64,000 bases of DNA from a virus: positions 1 to 64,000 of IMG/VR virus record IMGVR_UViG_3300037189_006220, one strand, 5' to 3'. Shown in pieces: positions 20,209 through 29,477 of the stretch. Every line of letters starts with the position of its first letter. The first letter of the stretch is position 1. The notes beneath the pieces were generated by a model that made no database searches, was not told the origin of the DNA, and saw only the letters and a program-made list of their open reading frames with translations. The position numbers were made by a program, and so were the translations under genes.

Positions 20209-20526
20209 ATGACCGCAACGACAATCGCCACCGCCGAAGCAACCGCTAGCACGCTCCGCGCATTCGACTCGTTTATGGAAGCAAAGCGTCTCGCAAAGCA
20301 AGCCGAAGCACTCAAAGCCGAAGCCGAAACCGCGCTCCGCGCTTTTATGGCACAGCACGGCGTGGAAGCAATCACGGTTGAGGGACGCACCGTTGTCACT
20401 CTCGCAAAGCGCAACCGCACCGGAGTAGACACCGCGCTACTCAAGTCAGCATTCCCCGAAGCGTTCGAAGCCACGCAGACCGCAACCGCCTACGACTTCC
20501 TACGCACCGCCGGAGTCACGGAGTAA
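20209..20526 (+). CDS. Hypothetical early protein, paralog of 35030-35332
   Basis: TTGACA at 20114, AGGGAG RBS, downstream hairpin terminator. Confidence 0.8.
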   Translation: MTATTIATAEATASTLRAFDSFMEAKRLAKQAEALKAEAETALRAFMAQHGVEAITVEGRTVVTLAKRNRTGVDTALLKSAFPEAFEATQTATAYDFLRTAGVTE

Positions 20527-20834
20527 CACGCACCAAAGCGAGAGAGTGCCTAGCCCTTAGGGGTTAGGCACTTTTTCGTTTGCCCTAGCGTTTTCGCACT
20601 CACCGCATAACCCCTACCGAAGCATTCACCGCATAGCAAAACGCAGGGCAACCCGTGGACGGCATACATTCACGCAGGACGCACCGTGACCCGTAGGCGG
20701 GCGTATACGGGCGCAGGGATACCTAGACTCACCCGTGACCCGTTAGCGCGTCAGCGTGGCGCACAGCGCGTTAGGCAACCGTGACCCGCAGACACGCACC
20801 CGTAAACACGCACAGCGGGCAGACACGCACACCC

Positions 20835-20900
20835 TGTGGATAACTTATCCACAGCCCCACACCCTGCCTGTGGATAACTTTTGCCCCCGCCTGTGGATAA
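20835..20900. promoter_or_regulatory. DnaA-box cluster 3 (4 boxes)
   Basis: Boxes at 20835, 20845, 20869, 20892. Confidence 0.8.
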
Positions 20901-21064
20901 CTTTTTCGTCGGCGGGCGTTCCGGTTACACGGAAAAACTACCCGCCCGCAAAACTACCGCGACACGCCCGGGAGTCAATACATTTTGCGTTTAGCCGTAG
21001 GTACAGTATGCTTGGAGTATCAAGCAATAACCGCTTGACTTAGTAACTAAATAAGGGAGTCATA

Positions 21065-21259
21065 ATGACCGCAGTCGCAGAATACCTAGTCAAGAGTCTG
21101 ACCGCCCTCGCGCTTGCGCGTGAGTACGAAGCAAGTCACCCTACGGTGGCAACGCCTAAGGTACGCGTCACTTGCCCCACTTGCGGAAGTGACAACGCCC
21201 ACCGTTTGTGGGTAAGTCTCACCGCCCGGTGCGAGTCTGAATGGCATAACGACAAGTAG
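21065..21259 (+). CDS. Small Zn-ribbon protein
   Basis: CPTCG..C; AAGGGAG RBS; terminator follows. Confidence 0.7.
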   Translation: MTAVAEYLVKSLTALALAREYEASHPTVATPKVRVTCPTCGSDNAHRLWVSLTARCESEWHNDK

Positions 21260-21405
21260 CCAAAGAAAGTGCCCCTAGCAATCGCTAGGGGTATTCTTTT
21301 GCCCACGCTCACCCGCACAATCGCGGGCGGGCAATTTTTTCGCGGGGTAACTTTTCCGTGTAACTATCCGCACCCGCGCCCGCAGAAAAAACTTTTGCTT
21401 TCGAC

Positions 21406-21434
21406 TTGACAATCAACAATCTTGGTCTTATGCT
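21406..21434 (+). promoter_or_regulatory. SigA-type promoter TTGACA-17-TATGCT (representative of the array)
   Basis: Similar promoters with TAGACT/TATGCT/TAGGCT -10 boxes at 22949, 23304, 23657, 24043, 24380, 24919, 25251. Confidence 0.85.
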
Positions 21435-21468
21435 TAAACTATAAGCAAACCAAACAAGGGAGAACAAA

Positions 21469-21723
21469 ATGCTTAGCAACCAAAACTACACAATCGCAAG
21501 CCCGCGTATCGGTCAGCGCATTTTCACTTTTGAGAATGGCTACGGCGCAAGCGTCATTCAGTCGCGTGACTTTCTCACGCTCGCACCGACGGGGCAGTAC
21601 GAAGTCGCCGTACTCGACGCAAGTGGAGAAATCACTTACGACACACCCGTCACCGACAACGTCATTGCCTACTTGGACGATAGCGGTGTGTATGAAGTGT
21701 TGGAGCGTATTCAGTCGCTCTAA
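21469..21723 (+). CDS. Hypothetical protein (FENGYGASVI family)
   Basis: Promoter-RBS-ORF-terminator cassette. Confidence 0.8.
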   Translation: MLSNQNYTIASPRIGQRIFTFENGYGASVIQSRDFLTLAPTGQYEVAVLDASGEITYDTPVTDNVIAYLDDSGVYEVLERIQSL

Positions 21724-21964
21724 GCGCGTCAGCAAAGTGCCCCGCTTCGGCGGGGTATTTTGTTGCCTAACGCGCCCGTAGGCGCAATCCGGCAAAAGTT
21801 TTTTGCCCTATTTTTCCGCGTCATTCCGGGCTTTTTCTTCCTACCGGAAAACTTTTTTGCCATTTTGGTATTGCGTGAATGTTCAGACGGTGTATAGTCG
21901 AAGTATCGGAACAATCCGATAGGCACTACCGGACAAGCAACACTTAGTTTCTAGGGAGAAACGA

Positions 21965-22222
21965 ATGAACAACTTTGAGAATGTAATCGTCACCGAGTCG
22001 GCTACCGAGCGCGTCTATGCTTTTGAGAACGGTAACGGCGCACACTTGGTTGTCGAATGTAACGACAACGGTTTCCCCACCGGAACATATATGTTCGCGT
22101 CAATCTTGCGTGGCAAGGTATCGCGCTACGCGCTTAATGTGACAATGAGCGAAGTTGTTTGTGCCCTTGACGCAATCAGCAAGTTTGACGCCGACGCGCT
22201 GGATATGGCACTAGGGCGATAG
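21965..22222 (+). CDS. Hypothetical protein, N-terminal paralog of 21469
   Basis: RVYAFENGNGAHLV vs RIFTFENGYGASVI. Confidence 0.75.
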   Translation: MNNFENVIVTESATERVYAFENGNGAHLVVECNDNGFPTGTYMFASILRGKVSRYALNVTMSEVVCALDAISKFDADALDMALGR

Positions 22223-22376
22223 AACCCCGTGAGGGAACCCCGGCGAGTGCCGGGGTTTCTTTATGCGCCAGAATGAGCGCGTACAGCGCGGGAGAGACTT
22301 GGACTTGCGTACCAAACAAAAAGGGAGTAAGGTCCCTTATGTAGGCAACAACGCCTACCAAACAAGGGAGAACACA

Positions 22377-22502
22377 ATGACCGTTACAGCAATCTTCGCA
22401 ACCGGCACACCAATCAGCATTGAGTGTGACCCGTGGCTAGTGGAAGCGGCAGTCGAAAGTTTCTACGATATCGGAGCAATCGCAGTCAGTACCAAAGCGT
22501 AA
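22377..22502 (+). CDS. 41-aa peptide
   Basis: AAGGGAG RBS, ATG at 22377, terminator follows. Confidence 0.65.
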   Translation: MTVTAIFATGTPISIECDPWLVEAAVESFYDIGAIAVSTKA

Positions 22503-22673
22503 AGCCAAAGAAAGTGCCCCGGGAAAATCCCGGGGTTTCTTTTTGCCCGCGCCCGGGAGTCTCGTTACACGGAAAACTATGCGCCCCGCTCGCGCACAAA
22601 CCGACACGCGGGGATTTTGCGTTTTTGACAATCCATAGTAAGATGAGTGTAGGCACTCAAACAAGGGAGAAAA

Positions 22674-22871
22674 ATGCCACTCACCAAAGACCAAGTAACC
22701 GCATTGGTATCCACGCAAAGCACCTACGGGTGTGGCGCAGACAATTGCGTGGCTTGCTACCCCGTACAGTACGGGTGCGAGTATTGCGGGGAAACCTACC
22801 CCGCGCCAATTGCTAACGGGGAAGTCTACACTTGCCCCGTGTGCGACTACACGGCTAACGCCCCCGCCTAG
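22674..22871 (+). CDS. Cys-rich Zn-binding protein
   Basis: Three CxxC pairs; RBS and terminator. Confidence 0.75.
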   Translation: MPLTKDQVTALVSTQSTYGCGADNCVACYPVQYGCEYCGETYPAPIANGEVYTCPVCDYTANAPA

Positions 22872-22983
22872 CCCGTAGTCGAAAGCCCCTAGTCACCCCC
22901 CGGCTAGGGGCTTTTTTCGCGCCTATGACACGCCGTAGCAGAATGGACTTGACAACCCTAAACCTATGCTTTAGGCTTAGGGT

Positions 22984-23190
22984 ATGAAGAAAAACACAGC
23001 TCGCAGTAATCGCGCCCTAGTCGCAGTCGTCTCGCTCATTCTCGCCGGTATCGTATCGGCAGACTTGCTCGGACAACTACGCGCAGGAAACGATTACAAC
23101 ACGCCCCTCGCCCTGACCGTAATCATTACGGCTACCGCGCTCGCAGTCACGCTCTTTACGGTGAATGTAGTTACCTACCGCAAACGATAA
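22984..23190 (+). CDS. Two-TM membrane protein, probably leaderless
   Basis: ATG 6 nt after the TAGGCT -10 box, no SD. Confidence 0.7.
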   Translation: MKKNTARSNRALVAVVSLILAGIVSADLLGQLRAGNDYNTPLALTVIITATALAVTLFTVNVVTYRKR

Positions 23191-23377
23191 CCAACAATCA
23201 AAAGAAAGCCCCGCCAAACACGGCGGGGTTTTTCTTTGCCCGCGTTAGCACTTACACGGAGAGAGTGCCAATCCGTATTCAGAAAAACATTAGTGCGGTG
23301 GACTTGACAATCGAAGCAATAAGTCTTAGACTTGATACATCAAGCACGGACTTGATACAAAGACAAAAGGAAACAAA

Positions 23378-23533
23378 ATGGATATCGACGAATTAATCAT
23401 CAAGCTTCAGGAAAAGCTCGGTTACGACACTCGCTCGGAAGTATTCCCGTACATTGTTGGAATGATGCGCGGTGTAATCACGGAGACGCAGTACAAATTC
23501 CTACTCGAAGCGGCGGAAAATATATCCCGCTAA
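23378..23533 (+). CDS. 51-aa peptide MDIDELIIKL...
   Basis: Promoter at 23304, AAAGGA RBS, terminator. Confidence 0.7.
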   Translation: MDIDELIIKLQEKLGYDTRSEVFPYIVGMMRGVITETQYKFLLEAAENISR

Positions 23534-23728
23534 CAAACAAAGAAAGTATCCCGGTTTGCGCCGGGATATTTTTTTGCTTCCGCCGTACACGGAAAACATA
23601 TCGATTAAAAATTTTTAACGGGAGACAAAAAATCTTATTTACTTAGTCGCTTCGACTTGACAATATGGCAACTACGGTGCTATGCTTGATACATCAAGCA
23701 AGACCGAGTAACTAAACAGGGAGTAAGA

Positions 23729-23917
23729 ATGAACAAGGCAATCGAAGAGATGACCGTATCAGAGCTGGAAAGCGAGCTGGACTGGATGGAAAGATACTTC
23801 GCAGAGTGCGCCACCAGCGGTGACGGTATCAGCACAAAGGAAACCGTGCGACACCGCGCAATGATTACCGAGCTACTCAAGCGGGGAGTCATCTACCAGT
23901 CGCTAGAGCTTTACTAA
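23729..23917 (+). CDS. Hypothetical protein
   Basis: Cassette architecture. Confidence 0.75.
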   Translation: MNKAIEEMTVSELESELDWMERYFAECATSGDGISTKETVRHRAMITELLKRGVIYQSLELY

Positions 23918-24118
23918 GGAACAAGCCCCGGGAAACCGGGGCTTTTCTTTTGTCAAAAATCCCCCCGCCCAAATTTTTTATTCGTATAGTTTTCCGTGTA
24001 ACCGTACTCGTAAAAATATATCTAACAATTTTTGCTGTTGATTTGACAAAATAGAAAAAAGCAATAGACTTGATATATCAAGTAATTTACTTGATAACAA
24101 CTAAACAGGGGAGTCATT

Positions 24119-24334
24119 ATGACCATTCACCGCGACATCAGCATCACTATCCCGTGGAACGAAAACCCGGGTGTAGAGACGCTCGTCAGTATGACAGAGC
24201 GCGCGCTGAGACTTGCCGGGGTACAGCGGTTCTACCGCGTACAATTCGCTGAGTCTGCCCGTGGTAAAAGCCGGGACGAAGTGCTTGACTTGATTAGGAA
24301 ACAAGTCGTCATCAAGTACGAAGACCGTGACTAG
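24119..24334 (+). CDS. Hypothetical protein
   Basis: Cassette architecture. Confidence 0.75.
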   Translation: MTIHRDISITIPWNENPGVETLVSMTERALRLAGVQRFYRVQFAESARGKSRDEVLDLIRKQVVIKYEDRD

Positions 24335-24458
24335 GAATTGCCCGGGCAACACGCCCGGGCTTTTCTTTTGCCACTTGACTTGACAATGCGGCAAATAGTT
24401 TATAGACTTATTACATCAAGTGAATTACTTGATACCAACTACATAGGGAGAAACCAAA

Positions 24459-24695
24459 ATGGCTAAGACCAAATTGGCACAGACGCTCAAGCGTAACGAC
24501 ACCGTACTGAACACGGGTCAAGAGAATGAATGGTATTACCGCCTAACCGTTCTCACCGCTAAGCAAGAGGATTACGATGACGGGTGGAGCAAATTCCCGG
24601 CAGTCAAAGTCGTTCTTCAATCCAAGCGTCCAGACGGTCAGACATTCGAACACAATGTCGTCTACCGTCTCGATGAGGAAGTCGCAGTAGCGTAG
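24459..24695 (+). CDS. Hypothetical protein
   Basis: Cassette architecture. Confidence 0.75.
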   Translation: MAKTKLAQTLKRNDTVLNTGQENEWYYRLTVLTAKQEDYDDGWSKFPAVKVVLQSKRPDGQTFEHNVVYRLDEEVAVA

Positions 24696-24984
24696 CAACC
24701 GAGAGGAACCCCGGCTAACCACCGGGGTTTTTCTTTTGCCTACCGAGTGGAGACTACCAAGAACCAGACGCGCTTACGAACGAAGATGCGTGTGAAGCGT
24801 GTAAGTAATTAGTGGAGATACCCCCGTGGAAGCGGGGGTATTTTCTTGCCCCGCGTTACACGGAAAACATACCACCTTAAAAAAATTTCGCCCGCTGGAA
24901 AATAGTTTTGGTTTGGACTTGACAAGATGCTTTAGCTGCTATAGACTTATTACATAAGCAATACAAACCAACAAGGGAGTAACA

Positions 24985-25206
24985 ATGAATAGCATCCAGC
25001 TTCGACTTCTCGTAATGGGACTCAAGCTCGAAATCAAAACTTGGGGAAGCGGTACTCGTCTCCAAATGACTCGCGAGTCGTCACTCAACACAATCAAGCG
25101 ACTGACCGGCGAGACTTTCGGAAAGGGACTCAAAGCCCGTCAGGAAGCCCTCGAATGGCTTCTCGAAATCGCCCGAGACAACGGAATCGAAATCGATACC
25201 AAGTAG
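24985..25206 (+). CDS. Hypothetical protein
   Basis: Cassette architecture. Confidence 0.75.
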   Translation: MNSIQLRLLVMGLKLEIKTWGSGTRLQMTRESSLNTIKRLTGETFGKGLKARQEALEWLLEIARDNGIEIDTK

Positions 25207-25285
25207 GCAGGAAGCCCCCCGAAAGGGGGGCAACCCCCCTACCGTAGGAATTGACAATCAGGAACAAAGTCGGTAGACTATAAAT

Positions 25286-25353
25286 ACAAGATAACTTTTC
25301 TCCCCCAGAAAAGAAACCCCCGGCACTTCTCCCCCGCCGGGGGTTTTTCTTTT
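25286..25353 (+). ncRNA. Candidate ~65-nt sRNA with two C-rich loops
   Basis: TTGACA(25251)-17-TAGACT promoter, no ORF; hairpins CTTTTCT-CCCCC-AGAAAAG and AAACCCCCGGC-ACTTCTCCCCC-GCCGGGGGTTT plus T-run. Confidence 0.65.
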
Positions 25354-25390
25354 ACCTAAAAATTTTTAAGGTAACAAGTTTTCCGTGTAA

Positions 25391-26806
25391 CTACCTAACG
25401 CGGAAACGCCCACTCCCGCTTCCGCTTCCACCTCGACGGCCCATATCCATTCGACGGGAAGCCATTGAGTGTGCGCTAATACGCCCACCAACAAATCCTT
25501 GTGGTGGCTTGATAAGCAAAGCTGTAAGCGCGTGTACCAAAGCATCTACTCGGTCAGGGGACTTGCCCTCGCCGGGAACCCAGCTAATCATTTGACTTTC
25601 CAGCTCAGCAAAGTAACCGACGTGGTGGACACGCCCTTGCTCGTATGCTAGTGTTACCGGCTCAGCGCGGAGTGCCTTACCAAACTTCGAGTGGACTTCC
25701 AATACTTGTACCGTAGGGTCAATAGTATGGATGGCTGCCTTGACAAGTGCGCCACCTTGATTAACTTCAGCAACCACGGGGCATCCCCACTTCTTAGCCA
25801 TAGCGACTACGCGTTGCGCCCAGACCGATGGTGCGCCCAGAACCGATGCGTCCTCGAGGACCCACGCGTTGCGCTTATACAAATCCCGGTCAGCGGTAGA
25901 ACCGACGACAACGATACCGCATTCGTCACGCGGGTTTTCAGCAACCGACGGGTCAACCCCAATTACACGGAAAGGCGTTACCGATGGCATCGTACTTTCT
26001 CGGTACATATCAATAATCTCGTCATTCCAAAGTGCGCCTTCAACCGCATCAAGCATCTCGCCATAAAGTTCTTGCGCAGCTAGACGCGTTCCAGCGTAGA
26101 CTCCGGTAATAGCATCCATATAAGACTCGGACAAGTTACCAGCGTTATCCATTGTTGAGCCACGGGATACACGGATTTTGTCAGGATTCTTCTCCGCTTC
26201 ACCAAGCAAAGAATAAAGTAGCGGTACGCGCTTCGGTGTGGTAGTAACTAGAATCTTCGGTTGTCTACCAAGACGCGTACCGACGCGCAAGTTATCGAAC
26301 GCAGTCATTCCAGCTGCGTCAGGGGTTTGTCTCCACGCTGCAACCTCGTCACCCCACGCGTGAGTAAATTGAGGACCACGCAAAGAGTCTGGCTCATCGG
26401 CGGTAAAGCAAGTAGCCGTATTACCATTGGGCCAAGTTAGTCGTCGCTTCGACGGCTCGTACAAAGGCATCTCGCTCGGTGCGGAAACATTGAGAATACC
26501 AGACTCACCTTCTACAATAACGTCACGCACGTCAGCCGCGGTACGTGCTACTAGAGCGAAGCGTCGCTTCCCGTCACTTGTTACTCGGGCTTCCTCGCGT
26601 ACCCACTCAGCCGCGCATCGGGTTTTACCGAAGCCACGCCCAGCAAGCAACAACCATATCGCCCAATCACCCTCGGGCGCAAGTTGCTCAGGTCGACCCC
26701 AGAAAGACCAATCCCACAAAAGCGAGTCGGGGTTGATTCCCTCGAGGGCCTTAGCGCGTTCTTCCTCGGGAAGTTCAGCAACAATTTGTGCGAGTGACTT
26801 AGCCAA
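25391..26806 (-). CDS. terL: Terminase large subunit
   Basis: AGRGFGKT Walker A, LRGPQF..WGDE, TTTP, GVDP nuclease, SPDRVDA. Confidence 0.95.
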   Translation of the reverse strand: MAKSLAQIVAELPEEERAKALEGINPDSLLWDWSFWGRPEQLAPEGDWAIWLLLAGRGFGKTRCAAEWVREEARVTSDGKRRFALVARTAADVRDVIVEGESGILNVSAPSEMPLYEPSKRRLTWPNGNTATCFTADEPDSLRGPQFTHAWGDEVAAWRQTPDAAGMTAFDNLRVGTRLGRQPKILVTTTPKRVPLLYSLLGEAEKNPDKIRVSRGSTMDNAGNLSESYMDAITGVYAGTRLAAQELYGEMLDAVEGALWNDEIIDMYRESTMPSVTPFRVIGVDPSVAENPRDECGIVVVGSTADRDLYKRNAWVLEDASVLGAPSVWAQRVVAMAKKWGCPVVAEVNQGGALVKAAIHTIDPTVQVLEVHSKFGKALRAEPVTLAYEQGRVHHVGYFAELESQMISWVPGEGKSPDRVDALVHALTALLIKPPQGFVGGRISAHSMASRRMDMGRRGGSGSGSGRFRVR

Positions 26807-26905
26807 TTTCTTCCTTCGTTAGTTACACGGAAAAGTATACCATCCCCGCAAAAAAGAAGAAGGGCGAAAGTTTCCCTTCGCCCTTGCGTTCTTTCTTGTT
26901 TTGTT

Positions 26906-27469
26906 TTAGAGTGCGCGGTTCGCTGTAACAATCGGCTGATAAACCTTTGCGCTTGACTCCGTAGTCTTGTAGCCGTATCGTACAAGACGGAAGCGCAATG
27001 CGCCGTGCGTAACGCCAAGGTCTTTAGCGAGACGATAAAGCGAGACTCCGCGTGTTTCGTGTTCGTAGTTGAGGATACGCGTGTATTCCTCGGCTTCGGC
27101 ACGGTAACGCGAAACGCTTGCGCGTACTTGCTGAGCAAGTGGCTGAAGTTCTTTGAGTCGTTCCAAGTTCTCGGGGAGAGGCTCGGGGCGATAAATCTTT
27201 GCTCGGACGGGAGCGTGAGGTGGCTCGGGTACAATGAAGCCAGCGCGTCGTGCCTCGTCAAGTGCGTGAAGCACGTCAGACTTTTGAGCAATCAGTCGGA
27301 CATTCTCGCGTGTCATTCCAAGTGGCTCGGCAATACTTTCGAGAGTCCAACCGCCCATTCGCAAAGCGGTAACAACCGACGGAAGAAGAGCGCGATTAGC
27401 CTCGACCTCGCGAAGATGCTCCGCAGTTTCGTTTGGCAAAGTCAAATTGACTTTTCGGTATTTTGTCAT
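26906..27469 (-). CDS. Double HTH DNA-binding protein (paralog 2)
   Basis: GWTLESIAEPLGMTRENVR; GVSLYRLAKDLGVTHGALRFRL. Confidence 0.75.
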   Translation of the reverse strand: MTKYRKVNLTLPNETAEHLREVEANRALLPSVVTALRMGGWTLESIAEPLGMTRENVRLIAQKSDVLHALDEARRAGFIVPEPPHAPVRAKIYRPEPLPENLERLKELQPLAQQVRASVSRYRAEAEEYTRILNYEHETRGVSLYRLAKDLGVTHGALRFRLVRYGYKTTESSAKVYQPIVTANRAL

Positions 27470-27607
27470 TAGTTTTGTTTTCCTTGTCTTTTCTTATTTT
27501 TCTCCATTCCCCCTGTTATGGTATGTTATCCACAGCCTAACAGACAACCCTATCTAGCGCAACTCTGCATAAGAAAACCCCTCCGAAGAGGGGTTAGGCT
27601 CGGTGAG

Positions 27608-27937
27608 TTATCCCCACTGAACCTTGCCCCCCTCGGCAAAAGCCTTCTCCGCAATGTCGCGGAGTTCACCGAGACGCTCGTCGAAGTAACCTTCACGACG
27701 ACCAGCGTCAATGAAGTTTCCTTCCTGAGTCGCCGGAACGCCAGCGTCGGCAGGGTTTACCGCGAGCGCGATAAGGACGCGCCCAAGGAAATCCTCGGCG
27801 GGAAGCGAACCGCCATTCCAGAAGTTCTCGGTGTTCTCCGGCGTAATGCCAAGGAGACGGAGAACGCCGACAGCGTTCGCGTTGGAGAGGTTGACCTCGT
27901 TGTCGAAGTCGATGGTGGAAGAAAATGAGATGGACAC
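27608..27937 (-). CDS. Hypothetical protein
   Basis: GGAGG RBS before GTG at 27937; TTGACA upstream. Confidence 0.7.
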   Translation of the reverse strand: MSISFSSTIDFDNEVNLSNANAVGVLRLLGITPENTENFWNGGSLPAEDFLGRVLIALAVNPADAGVPATQEGNFIDAGRREGYFDERLGELRDIAEKAFAEGGKVQWG

Positions 27938-28071
27938 GAAGTGCCTCCAAGAGGTTGGGGAGCGACGAGTTCGCTCCGCGTGAGAACAGTCTACGACATA
28001 CATCATCAACTTGTCAAGTCATACGCATAAAGAAAACCCCCCGCATAAGCGAGGGGCTTCTTAGAGTTCAA

Positions 28072-28545
28072 CTAGGGGAGAACCCGAACATTCGTGTCGC
28101 CTTCAAATAGTGAGGACAGCGTGTCGTAGTTAGCAAACCCTGTTGCTTCCAAACCTCGAAGAGTCTGGAAATCTTGTGTTGCCTTGAAAGTTGAGTCTCC
28201 GTAGAAACCTTCTTGGTCGTCAATCGGAAATCCCCACTCGCGGAGACGACGCTGAACGTGGTACACGGAAAGTGAGCGTTGCGCGTGAACATTCTTGTAG
28301 ATGACGCGAGACGCAAAAACGTCATCAACTTCACCTTCACCAAATACAGCGTATTCAGTCGGAGGAACATCATTCTTTTTCTTCGCGGGGATTGGCTCGG
28401 CAACTGGCTCGGGAACCACTTCTTCCGTGTAATCTTCAGCGGGAGCGGAAGTTTCCTCGACAACCTCGGCTACTTCTTCAGCCGGTGTTTCGACTACAAC
28501 TTCCTCATCAGAGGGCTTGGCATTGGGGGTATCGTTCTTAGGCAT
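28072..28545 (-). CDS. Peptidoglycan-binding-domain protein with acidic N-terminus
   Basis: VYHVQRRL..GFYGDSTFKATQDFQ..GLEATG. Confidence 0.7.
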   Translation of the reverse strand: MPKNDTPNAKPSDEEVVVETPAEEVAEVVEETSAPAEDYTEEVVPEPVAEPIPAKKKNDVPPTEYAVFGEGEVDDVFASRVIYKNVHAQRSLSVYHVQRRLREWGFPIDDQEGFYGDSTFKATQDFQTLRGLEATGFANYDTLSSLFEGDTNVRVLP

Positions 28546-28563
28546 ACCCCCATAATACCAAAC

Positions 28564-29106
28564 CTATCGAATACCTAATTGACGAGCGCAGTCAGGACCA
28601 AACCCGCGTTCGCGAGAGGCTTGGTCGGTAAGGTTCGCGCCACACTTGCCACAAACCGTAAAGTGCGTTCCGAACAACTTGATAAAGCCGAGCGAGTCGG
28701 TACGCAGTACGCCCGCGATAGCGCGAGTGTCGCGAGCAGACAACTTGGAGCGATTAAAGTCGCCGGGTGCGCCGTGTACCTCGCGCATATAAACCGTGCC
28801 ACGAAACTCGTCAATGACAACGAACATCAAGTCGTTGTTGACAACCGAGTCCGCGAGCGCGTTGTTCGCAACCTCGGCGGGAATAGCATAGAAAGACTTA
28901 GGCAGTCCGTCAAATGCGGGAGTGCGAGGCGTGTTGTTGTTCGCCGGAAGAGCGCGAAGTTCGTCAATGATAGCCGAAGCCTCACGCTTGGTCATCGTGT
29001 CCCACGCGTGAGTAAGAGCCTCGCGGGTAGCAAGGGAAACCTCGCGCTGGGCGAGAAGCGAAAGGATAAAATCCTTCTGGGCGGTGGTGGCGTATGCGTC
29101 ATTCAT
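28564..29106 (-). CDS. DUF6011-like Zn-finger protein
   Basis: CGKCGANLTDQASRERGFGPDCA. Confidence 0.75.
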   Translation of the reverse strand: MNDAYATTAQKDFILSLLAQREVSLATREALTHAWDTMTKREASAIIDELRALPANNNTPRTPAFDGLPKSFYAIPAEVANNALADSVVNNDLMFVVIDEFRGTVYMREVHGAPGDFNRSKLSARDTRAIAGVLRTDSLGFIKLFGTHFTVCGKCGANLTDQASRERGFGPDCARQLGIR

Positions 29107-29141
29107 ATCTTCAGCATACACCAACCAACAGCCAATGTCAA

Positions 29142-29315
29142 CTACTCGGAACGAATAGCGAGAAGCGCGTAAAGAAGAGCGTTAGCCGATATCGCGACAA
29201 CGCAGTCAGTAATGCCTCCCTTGAGAAGCGCAATAACAATCGCAAGCAACCCGAGGAATGAAGCGGAAATCGCAACCCACTGGAGGCTACGAATAAAGTA
29301 GAGCAATCTACGCAT
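29142..29315 (-). CDS. 57-aa membrane protein
   Basis: MRRLLYFIRSLQWVAISASFLG..., TAATG coupling. Confidence 0.6.
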   Translation of the reverse strand: MRRLLYFIRSLQWVAISASFLGLLAIVIALLKGGITDCVVAISANALLYALLAIRSE

Positions 29316-29473
29316 TAGTTATTGTCCTTGTCAATAGGAAGAACAACCCCGAGAAGAGGTTGGACTTGCTTGCTTTTCCGTGTAGTGCGAATAGAAACGA
29401 TAACGATGAACGAAATCAACGAAATCGCAACTACTCCGAGTACGGATAGAAGAATGATAATTTGAGTATCCAT
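29315..29473 (-). CDS. 52-aa membrane protein
   Basis: MDTQIIILLSVLGVVAISL... Confidence 0.6.
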   Translation of the reverse strand: MDTQIIILLSVLGVVAISLISFIVIVSIRTTRKSKQVQPLLGVVLPIDKDNN

Positions 29474-29477
29474 CTTT

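Noticed and set aside
18900-20900. Host chromosomal oriC
   Set aside because: No dnaA, dnaN or rpmH; flanks are phage genes, and phage-style cassettes sit between the clusters
19324-21043. Track ORFs such as MWITYPQ... and MAHSALG...
   Set aside because: Translations of DnaA-box and repeat DNA with no RBS
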